From contig NC_092671.1 in NCBI RefSeq assembly GCF_964355755.1, forward strand, positions 12,586,001-12,650,000: 64,000 bases of DNA, given 5' to 3'. The notes under the pieces were generated by a model, which was not told the DNA's origin, made no database searches, and saw only the letters and a program-made list of their open reading frames with translations. Source of the stretch: Antedon mediterranea. Its lineage: Eukaryota > Animalia > Echinodermata. Numbering within the stretch: the first letter of the stretch is position 1; each line of letters starts with the position of its first letter. Position numbers and translations under genes: made by a program. Shown here one piece after another: positions 42,101-54,100 of the stretch.

Positions 42101-45100
42101 TCTTGAATGTATATTATATACACATGTTCTCATTCATTTTATATCCTCTTACATTGTCGCAACAAAATTGTGTATAGTTGTATTGCTAAATCAATTTTTT
42201 TTGGTATTTATTTTATTTAAATTCGCAATCAACAGCAGGGAGCCCATCATTACATAATACATAAAAGAAAAAAGAACATCGACAAGGTCCACAAGATTTA
42301 AATAATGATAAAAGATAAAGATAAACAATTAAAGAAAATATCAATAGTGGAGTAAAAAAATAAAAAATGTTGGTGTTTAATCTTGATATGTCCACTTATT
42401 ATAATCATGAAATTTCAGAAATAATGAATGCAACCAATATTGAATTTATATTATTGTTAAATCTTTCAAATTGTTTTATAGATGTTCCTGGCAGTCCGAG
42501 CAAACCTCAAGTTTCCAATATCACAAAGACATCAGTCCGGTTAACATGGCAACCTCCTCACATGGATGGAGGCTATGTTGTCAGTAATTACCATATTGAA
42601 CAGCTTGATGTACAGCAACGTACATGGACTGTTGTCAAATGTTTTAACAGTTTGTCTATTGAACTAGACAATCTTTATCCTGGAATTGAGTACCGCTTCC
42701 GTGTCAGTGCCGAGAACATTCTTGGTGTTGGAGCACCTAGTGAAGAGTCTGACGCTATTATGACTAATAAATCAACAGGTATTAGTATTTTGTGAATAAA
42801 TAGCAATTTCCATGTATTATATTTTATATATTGATGTGATAAAAATAGATACTTTACACAAAAAACCAGTACATGCTAGTTGATCACTATATCAATGTCC
42901 AGCCACAGTGTAGCTGCCATATTGTGTTTACAACTTCTAATTCAAAATTGATGGTAATTTCCAATACTGTATTGTTATTGTTTTAAATGCAATGTCTTTA
43001 AATTTATCTTATAAAAGTAGTTGATCACTACAATCAATGTTACCTGTTCATGAGTTAAATGGAGTTGAAGTAAAAACTAAAATTTCATAGCGTCCTTTAA
43101 AATATGGTAAATCGAATATCATGAAAATTATTGGTTTTTTTTTGTGCTTTTTTGTGTTTATAGAGCCACCAAGATCTGCGGATAAAATGGACACTCTGAG
43201 ACCACGAGGTATGACAGGACTGCCTGATCTTCTAGAGTGGGATGTAGTGGGCCTACTGGCTATATTTGTGGCTTTCTGCTATTTTTTAATGTCATTCATT
43301 ATTTAATATAACTAAAACAGCTTTAAAATTAGACATGTTAAAGATACACTACCATTTGAAAATTCAAAAATGTAATAATAATAATAATAATAATAGTAGT
43401 AATAATTTTAGACATGTTTGAACAATTTTTGAAAATGAAAAAATAAAATTAGTCAAATAAAGTTACTATTTGAACATTACAATAATAATATCTAATAATA
43501 CCATAACATTATTTCAGCGAATATAGTAAACAAAAATAATTGGACTTTGTTATTTGTTATTGTGGTAGTATATCTTTAATAATATCACAAGAATCACAAC
43601 AAGAAATGGCAGCATGCTGTCTAGGATATTGGTTTGATGGCATGCCTTGCATGATTTCAGATTTGTAGTTAAGAATGAAGATAAGGACATACATTTTCAC
43701 TTTAATGACATTTGATTTTGTTTTACTGGCATGTTTTGCATGGTTTTAGATTTCTATTTTAAGAAATATGTTAACAATTGTATAATGAGAATCGAGAAAT
43801 TCTCCTCTAAATGTTTGATAAACATTTTTTAAAAACTTTTTAACATAATTATTATTCATTATTTCAAGTCATAAATCAAGGTTAGCCTTTTTAGCAGGTA
43901 AAAATTAACTTGCATATTTCAAATCTTCCAAAATAACTTTGACATTTTTGTATGATGTCTTTTATTATTTTATTGTTTTTTTGTTTAAAATTATAATGAA
44001 TGGTTTAATTTACCAAAAGTGCATTATTGTTTAAATGTAAAACTATGTAAAAATTGTATATTGAAGAAAATAGTTTTCAGAGACAAAAATATTTTTAATA
44101 AATAATAATTATTTCATTAAATGTGTTTTTCCACCAAGCATGTGTTGTAAATAATCACAGTGTGTGAAAAGCATTTCCTCTGATTTCAATGTAGTAGTGG
44201 ATAATAGTTCTTCACAAAATGAGTAGTGGAGTACAGTTGATCATGTAGCAACAATATTAACTAACAAAGTTAAGCTGATCAGCTCAATGATTGTACTGCT
44301 TTATTTCATGAAAAACAATTATCCATTGCTCACAGTGTGTTTTATACAGTAGTTTACTATATACTGATTCTTATAGAATTATTATATAAAAATCAAACAT
44401 TTGTTTGATTGACCATTACCTAACAAATAATGCAATTTTATATTTTTTTAAATATGTAATTATGTTTATAAAATATTTGTACTGTATATGTATTTTTATA
44501 TGTTGTTAAACTAACATAAATTTGTGATAATTTATTTAATTAGTTTTGATCACATGCACAGTAATTAACTTGTTATAGATTGTTTCAAAGTTATGCTACA
44601 GTTAAAATAACCATTTTGCACCTAAAATGATTTTGTTTTTTACTAATACACTCTAAATACAACAACTTGTTTTTGTATGTAGTATAAGAGATTATGTTTT
44701 TGAAATTTTTAAAACTCTATAATGTTTGGGATGTTAGTGACTTTCATTTAGACTCTTACATTTAGAAATCGTGATATACAAAGGACTCGTTTACTTATAA
44801 TAAATGTCTTAACATGCTAATACCGACTTTATTTGTGTTTTTTATTTAATAACAGTAGCTGAATATTTCAACATACTTTTATATAAATGTACAATGATGA
44901 GCTTTTGATTTTCCAATGACCAAGATATGCAGTGACCTCATACAATGATAATTGATAGTTTTGAAGGCGTCATTGGTTGTTGTGATATTGAAAGCTCATA
45001 TAATCATAACTCTTCCATGCATGAGTCCAATCACTATTCTTGACCATGCATGTTTCATTCAATATAGCTCCAACATTTACAAGGCCATTACATGACACGG

Positions 45101-48100
45101 ATATTGCCGAGGGGGATAATGTAGAGATGGAGTGTTTAGTTGAAGGAGAACCACATCCAGAAATTGTATGGTACAAAGATGGTGAAGTGCTTAAAGAATC
45201 AGAACGACTAACACTTCATCACAGTGCTGAAGGTGCATGTAAACTTTATATAGAGAGCGCTGTACAGCAAGATGAAGCATTTATAATATGCTCCGCAATT
45301 AATCTGGATGGGTCAGCTACCACAAGCGCACAACTAACTGTCGACGTTTACAAAGGTTTGAAGCACAATACATACATTAGAATTAACATCAGATAATTCA
45401 TTTTAACACATCAAATAGATTTAGCTGTCTTGCTGCCAATATCCCTTTGTTAACTTGTTTCAAATTATCTTTTGCAACATAATACATATATATATATATA
45501 TATATACATTGTTATACCCACAGAAGCAACTGAGTTTATATCTGAAGAGTCTGAACAAAGAGTAGAAAAGGATGAACCAGATGCAATTCCTTCAGTTATA
45601 AGAATTCTTGAAGAAACGCCAGTCAGTACTCCTCCCGAGTTCTATTCGACTCCCCCTGAAAATATATTTATTGAGCCACAGCTTCAGCAGATTGTTCCAG
45701 AAAAGTTCTCGGCTGAGTCTATTGTTGTCGAAGAACAATATCCTGCTGTGGAGAAAGTTTATGAAATAACAGATACAACAGAGTTGGAGAAAAGACGTGA
45801 GGAAGAAGAAATAGTTAAAGTGGAAAAGTTTGAAAAACCAACACCATCAAAGGAGATCACTATTGTTGAAACAGTAGTTATTGAAAAGCCACTGTCAGTT
45901 GAGAAATCAACTGCTGCCGTTGAAGTAACTGAATCTCAAAGACCAGTAACACAAGAGGTAATAACACTTGTTGAGGAAATAACAGTTAAAGAAGCTGTTC
46001 CACTACAAAAAGATACTGCTAAAGTTGATATTACCAAAATTGTAAAACCAGTGGCTAAAGAAGCTGCTACCATTATTGACACAGTTGTGGTTAAAAAACC
46101 AACACCACCAGAGAAGGTTACTGCTAAGACTGACATCACTGAAACTGAAAAGCCAGTGACACAAGAAGTAGTAATGATCATTGATGGGGTCAAAGTTAAA
46201 GAAGCAGTACCATTAGAAAAGCATGTAGCTAATGTTGACATTACTAAACCTGCGAAACCAGTAATTGAAGAAATGCTCACATTCATTGACACCGTCATAG
46301 TTGAAACACCAAAACAAATGGAGGAAGTTTCTGCTAAACCACTCACAGTTGAAGTTGAAATACCAGTTACACAGGAAGTAATAACACTTGTCGATGGAGT
46401 CACTGTTAAGAAATCGCTGCCATTGGAACCAGATACTGCTACAGCAAACATTACAATATTGAAAAAACCAGTGTCTAAAGAAACTATTACTATTAGTGAC
46501 ACTCTTGTGGTAGAGAAACCAACACCAGTAGATGAGGTAACAGCTAAGCCTAAAATCACAAAAGTTGAAAGGCCAGTTACACAAGAGGTAGTAACACTTG
46601 TCGGTGAAGTCACAGATAAAGAAACTGTTCCATTGGAAAAGGATACTGCTAAAGTTGACATCACTGAAACTGTGAAACCAGTGGCTAAAAAAGCTGTTAC
46701 CATCATTGACACAGTTGTTGTTGAAAAACCAACCAAAGTAGATGGGGTAACTGCTAAGGCTGACATCACTGAAGTTGAAAGACCAGTAACACAAAAAGTA
46801 ATAACACTTGTTGATGAAGTCACAAATAAAAAAGCAGTTCCATTGGAAAAGGATACTGCTAAAGTTGACATCACTGAAACTTTGAAACCAGTGACTAAAA
46901 AATCTTTTACCATCATTGACACAGTTGTTGTTGGAAAACCAACCCAGGTAGATGAGATAACTGCTAAGGCTGACATCACTGAAGTTGAAAGGCCGGTAAA
47001 ACAAGAAGTAATTACACTTTTTGATAAAGTCTCAGACAAAGAAACTGTTCCATTGGAAAAGGATACTGCTAAAGTTGACGTCACAGAATCTGTAAAAGCA
47101 GTGGCGAAAGAAGCTGTTACCATTATTGACACAGTTGTGGTTGAAAAACCCACACCAGCAGAGGAGGTCACTGCTATGGCCGACATCACTGAGGTTGAAA
47201 GACCAGTAACACAAGAAGAAATAACACTTGTTGACGAAGTCACAGATAAAAAAGCAGTTCCATTGGAAAAGGTTACTGCTAAAGTTGACATCACTAAAAC
47301 TGTAAAACCAGTGGCGAAAGAAGCTGTTACCATTATTGACACAGTTGTTGTTGTTGAAAAACCAACCCAAGTAGATGAGGTAACTGCTAAGGCTGACATC
47401 ACTGAAGTTGAAAGACCAGTAACACAAGAAGTAATAACACTTTTTGACAAAGTCACAGATAAAAAAGCAGTTCCATTAGAAAAGGATACTGCTAAAGTTG
47501 ATATCACTGAAACTGTAAAACCAGTGGCGAAAGAAGCCGTTACAATTATTGACACAGTTGTGGTTGAAAAACCAACCCCAGTAGATGAGGTAACTGCTAA
47601 GGCTGACATCACTGAAGTCAAAAGACCAGTAACTCAAGAAGTAGTAACACTTGTTGATGAAGTCACAGATAAAAAAGCAGTTCCATTGGAAAAAGATACG
47701 GCTAAAGTTGACATCACTAAAACTGTAAAGCCAGTGGCGAAAGAAGCTGTTACCATTATTGACACAGTTGTTGTTGTTGAAAAACCAACCCAAGTAGATG
47801 AGGTAACTGCTAAGGCTGACATCACTGAAGTTGAAAGACCAGTAACACAAGAAGTAATAACACTTTTTGACAAAGTCACAGATAAAAAAGCAGTTCCATT
47901 AGAAAAGGATACTGCTAAAGTTGATATCACTGAAACTGTAAAACCAGTGGCGAAAGAAGCCGTTACAGTTATTGACACAGTTGTGGTTGAAAAACCAACC
48001 CCAGTAGATGAGGTAACTGCTAAGGCTGACATCACTGAAGTCAAAAGACCAGTAACTCAAGAAGTAGTAACACTTGTTGATGAAGTCACAGATAAAAAAG

Positions 48101-51100
48101 CAGTTCCATTGGAAAAAGATACGGCTAAAGTTGACATCACTAAAACTGTAAAGCCAGTGGCGAAACAAGCTATTACCATTATTGACACAGTTGTTGTTGA
48201 AAAACCAACCCAAGTAGATGAGCTAACTGCTAAGGCTGACATCACTGAAGTCAAAAGACCAGTAACTCAACAAGTAGTAACACTTGTTGATGAAGTCACA
48301 GATAAAAAAGCAGTTTCATTGGAAAAGGATACTGCTAAAGTTGACATCACCGAAACTGTGAAACCAGTGGTGAAAGAAGCTGTTGCCATTATTGACACAG
48401 TTGTTGTTGAAAAACCAACCCAAGTAGATGCGGTAACTGCTAAGGCTGACATCACTGAAGTTGAAAGACCAGTAACTCAAGAAGTAGTAACACTTGTTGA
48501 TGAAGTCACAGATAAAAAAGCAGTTCCAATGGAAAAGGATACTGCTAAAGTTGACATCACTGAAACTGTGAAACCAGTGGCGAAAGAAGCTGTTACCATT
48601 ATTGACACAGTTGTTGTTGAAAAACCAACCCAAGTAGATGAGGTAACTGCTAAGGCTGATATCACTGAAGTTGAAAGACCAGTAACTCAAGAAGTAGTAG
48701 CACTTGTTGATGAAGTCACAATTAAAAAAGCTGTTCCATTGGAAAAGGATAGTGCTAAAGTTGACATCACTAAAACTATAAAACCAGTGGCAAAAGAAGC
48801 TGTTACCATTATTGAAACGGTTGTGGTTGAAAAACCAACACCAGCAAAAGAGGTAACTGCTAAGACTGACATCACAGAAGTTGAAAGACCTGTAACACAA
48901 GAAGTAATAACACTTGTTGATGAAGTCACAGATAAAGAAGCAGTCCCATTGGAAAAGGATGCTGCTAAAGTTGACATCACCGAAACTGTGAAACCAGTGG
49001 CGAAAGAAGCTGTTACCATTATTGACACAGTTGTTGTTGAAAAAACAACCCCAGTAGATGAGGTAACCAAGATTGACATATCTGAAGTTGACAGGCCAAT
49101 AACACAGGAACTCACTGTTAAAAAGGAACCAGTTACAGAAGAAGTAGCAACTATTCCAGCCAAAATTGTTGAACCATTTAAAGATAAGGTATAGCTATTG
49201 CAATTAATTACATAGTTGAATTCTGAGTAATATTGTTATGGTAAATTTCAATTATTATAATTATTCCGTTTTTCTATCTAATGGAATTTAATAAAACTAT
49301 ATAGATGATATAAATAGAATTTTGTAATGCACATTGATTTTAGTAGGATTGACGAATAATTCTAAAGATGATAAGGTAAGATTTAAATTAAAATTCTTTG
49401 AAATTGTAGGAAGTTGTTGATGGTGACTACGTCAAATTTACTAGCACTTTGAGTGGAACTCCTCGACCAACTGTCAACTGGTTTAGGTATTGTGCTTTTA
49501 ATTTATGATTGATAATTCTGTATTTTTTATTAAATTCATTTATTTTAATTTATTTAATTGCTATTATAGGAGCTTATGGCTCTTTTAAAGTTAATGAGCT
49601 TCAGTTACTCGTTTGTGTCACTGAATAAATATTGTTATGACATGTAAATTAATCCAATATATACAACAACAGGAATGAGACTGAAATTCATACAGATGAG
49701 GATTATACTTTAATGTACGAAAATTACATCACATCACTTGAGATTCTTGATGCTATTCCAGAGGACTCTGGTGAGATTACTCTGAAGGCATTCAACATTG
49801 CAGGAGAAGATTCTTGCACAGCTAATCTTGTTGTGTCTGGTATAGTACCACTTATTATATTACTGTAATAAAACACAGGCTTTCTCCTGAAAGATATCCT
49901 GATAGGAATAGTTTTGGTAGTAAATTTATATAGCATTAAAATTACACAGTAAAATACTTTTTACACATAAACACACAGAATATGTATACAATAGTTAAAA
50001 TACAGTATATAATAGTAAAAATATGAAATAAAGATATATATCAAGATTGTATTATATATTGTCATTGTTTTTACAGAAAAACTATTTCCTCCAACGTTTA
50101 TTGATAAGCCAAGCGACCGTGAAGTAATGGAAGGTATTTAAGTAACTTTGATTCGTTTAGATATCTGCCGGACTGAATGATTCTGCGTATCAAATAGCTT
50201 GGAAATATTTTTTTCTTTTTACTGTTTCGACTAATTCAGTGTTGAATGATTTATATTACAGGGGATGACATTGAAATTCGCTTCAAAATTGATGGTAATC
50301 CGTATCCAAGCCTTTCCTGGGGCAAAGGATGGAAAAAAGTTGTCTCAAGTGAACAGTATACAGTAACTGTTGATAAAACTACATCAGAACATGTTCTAAT
50401 TGTTCATGGAGCCAACATAACTGATGCAGGAAACTATATCTGTACATTAAGAAATTCTGAAGGAGAAACAAGGCATCGTGTCCACATGAAGGTCAATCCT
50501 AAACCGGTAGAGAAAATGTCATTTCTTCGTGCTTTAAAAAAGTAAGATTTGTTGTTATATTAAATGAATTGTTTACAAAATATATTAAGTTCTTATGAAT
50601 TAATAATGTGTAATTAGTTTTATTATCATGCTTTCTCAATTAAAATTTCAGGAAACCAGAAGTAAAGAAAGAAAAAGTTGAAATTAATATCTTTGAACTT
50701 CTAAAGGAAGCTGAACCATCTGAGTATGTGGAGATTTTAAAGGAAAATGGTGTTGTTGACTCTAACGAAATTGCAGAACATGTGGAAAAAATGAAAAAAC
50801 ACAGAGAGAAAGAAGAAACTTTACAGGTATTTTGAGTTTAATTTAAATCTTGTATAAATATAATTGTTGATATGGAAGTAGTCGGTAACTTGATTGAATA
50901 TTAAATTGTTATGTATCTTCTTTGTATAGGAATTTGTCCCAGAAGCTTCCAAGTCAGAAACTGTTCCAGAGGAGAAGCATGTCGGAGAACCGATTCATGT
51001 TGCAAAAGTTGAGGCTTCTATAAAACAAGATTCTTTTGAACAGGCACCAGCGGATACACCTGACAATCTTCAACCAAATGTTCTTGAAATTGGAAAATTA

Positions 51101-54100
51101 CAGGATATTAATGATGTACAAATTTCCCAAGAGGAAATACTTCAACATGAGTCGATAGAATTGGAAGTTGAAGAAGAAGTAGAAGTGCCAGTTGTGATAG
51201 ATGAACCAAAACAAGAGAGGGGAGAACCAGAAGAAGTATTTTTAGATGCACAATCAGAGATAGAAGAGAAAATAACGGTTGAAGATGAATTAGAGGAGTT
51301 AGTAGAAGCAATACCAGAAATTGAGAAAATCAACATTGATGTTTTAGAAGAAGAATTTGAAGTTACCAAACCAGAAATCAAAGAACAAATTGAATTTGAA
51401 GAACTAGGAGTAAAGATGGAGATGCCAGTGCAAGAGATTCATGATATGGTATCATCAATTATTATTGATGAAAAACCTGACCAAATGCTAAAGAAAGAAG
51501 TTGATGTTGTGAAACCTCATGTAGAAGAGCCAGAGAAGGTTGAGATATTTCGAACAAAAGCTCAAAAGCCAAAAGAAGAATCTGAGGAAATGAAAACAAA
51601 GCCTTTTGTTAAAAAAGAATTAGAACCTGAACATGCAATTATAGATTTGAGTAAGACTAAAACGCAAAAAGAGGAGGGTAAAGAAGTTAAGACAGTAACT
51701 CTTGGTAAAAAAGACAAAGAACCAGAGCACATGCTTGTTCAGTTAAAGAAAACACCAAAAGCCAAAGCTGAGAAAGTTGATACTGAATTTACTTTGCCTT
51801 CTAAGAAATCTGCAGTTGAGGAACCAGTCATTCCATTTAAAACAAAGGCATCAGAAGAACCTATTACTTTACCAAAGAAACAAGTAACTAGGGAAGTGCC
51901 TGAAAGTGTAGATGAACCCATTGTTGAACATTTTCCAAAAGCTATTGGTAAGTTTATTATTAAGATAAATAAGTTAAAATTTGGTATAATTGAGCAGTAA
52001 TTTTAAATGTTTTACAACTTGTGTTGACTGTAACATATTATTCTTTGTAGAAAAAGTGATGCACATCACTGAAACAGAGGCAGTAGAAATACCAGCTATG
52101 ACAGTTATTGAAACTGAAGCCACTGTAATCAAACCAAAAGCACAAGCTCCATTCTTTGAAATAAAACCACGTGCAAAGGACATAGAAGAGGGTATAGTTA
52201 ACGTTTTAATTCAATTCTTTTATAATCATAATTCCTGATTTGTGCATCATTTTTTAATTATTTTTTTTATTTCATTTGTTTTTTTAGGTGAAAAAGTCGA
52301 ATTGTACTTTAAAGTTCATGGATTCCCTATGCCTTCTATAGAACTTACCAAATCTAACAAAAAGGTTGAAAGTACTGATCACTGTGAAATTGTTATAAAT
52401 GTAGATAAAGGTGAATGCTTAATTTCTATTAATGCCACGTTACCATCAGATGCCGGTCGGTATATCTGTAAGATAGCGAATGAAGCTGGAGAGACAAAAC
52501 ATGTGGTATCTTTAATGGTCCGAGAAAAACAAGTCAAGCAAACTTTCAAAGTACCACTCAAAAAGTAAGTACTGAACTCTACTCTTTTATCAGAGTATTA
52601 CATTAAAACAAAAGGGCTGTTTTATGTGGATATCAAACAGTGCCAACTGTATGTATGTATGTACAACTATAATCAGTATAGTGAAATATAATGAGTATTC
52701 CAAATTCTATTATTTACCACTCATAGAGCTGCCTCTCCGAAAAAAGAGCAGGTGCCTAAGAAACGTGAACGAAGGGATTCTGATGAGATCCAAGCTGAAA
52801 TTATTGAAGCTTTACTACGGGAGGCTAGCCCAGATGACTATGAAAGAATCTTGATGGAGCATGGAGTGTTTGACTTTCGTGCAATGCTTAAACATATCAA
52901 ACGAGCACAAAGGACTGAGACAGTTGAAGACATTGACTGGGGAGTAAGTAATAATGTCTCATTTTACATGCTTTTTAAAAGAATTTGATGTTATTTACTG
53001 AAGCTATAAGTTTAATAATCAAATATTTCTATTTCTTATTTATAAATAATGTAGTTCATTAGCTAAAGTAAGATATAAATATATTTGCATTTCTAAAGAA
53101 ATTACGTCACATTGAGGAATCTGTGACTGAAGTAACCCAACCAGCACTAGAGACGGCAGCTGTCACCTCTCCTACCATCTTACTTAGAAGTGAAATACCA
53201 AAATTACCAGGTAATTTATGAATATTTTAAAATTAAAACTTCAATTTTTTTAAAGTTTACCAGATTTTCAATTCTAAATAACTAGACTTCTCCCACGTTC
53301 TGTTCTGTAGTCTACTATTTCATGATTATTTAAAAAGGAACAAAATATTATATAAGTAAAAAATAATATTGAGGTGATTATTCAATAATGATCACACTAG
53401 AAACATTGAATTACTGTAATTGAATATATGTATATAGTATATATATTTATGTGAATGGTCACAGTGTTTTCTACTTATGCCTGTTCTCACTGTTTTGAAA
53501 CTTTACGTTAATTTTGTACCATCAATAATGTGTCGTATTTATATACAACCTTAGATTGTGTGGTGTATATATTACGGTGGCATAGAAAATACCGACTCAA
53601 CACATTGTTGTATAACAGTGTTGTACAGTAGTGTTATAAGTGAAAGAATACAAACTACATATGTTTCTAATGATCATGTTTGCGTTTTATCCCTAACAAT
53701 TGTTTTAGCATATTTTGTATATACACACTAACAGTTTTGTAGAATTATGTGTTTCATCTACCTGAGTGTTTAGATTTTCTTCCTTTCTTTGTTTTTCTTT
53801 TGCAATGACTTTGATTTATTTGTTTTGTTAATTACTAATGGGCTGCACTGGGGAATACTGACTGACTTAAAAGCTAAGGTTACATGTCAATAATAATAGT
53901 AGAGATATTTGTTGGAAAATCCTCTTTTGTTACATTTACAAACACTTTGAAATAACCAAATGTTCCAGTCACTTGCATGTGAAGCCTAATGCACATCAAG
54001 ATTTCTACTAGCGCATGCCAACCAAACGAGGTCATAGTTTCTGGCATTCTGTGTATATTTTCAGACGTAGAAATCGGCTCCACTGATGTATTAGATTCAT

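Noticed and set aside
45936-49163. Many minus-strand ORFs, and possible CRISPR-like or satellite periodicity
   Set aside because: Shadows of the 210-bp coding repeat; no repeat-spacer structure, and the locus is eukaryotic.
49347-49375. 29-nt phase 1-to-0 mini-exon (LTNNSKDDK|gtaaga) that could replace the 3.7-kb repeat exon
   Set aside because: The downstream intron would be only 34 nt and the Ig would lose its first strand; unlikely without junction reads.
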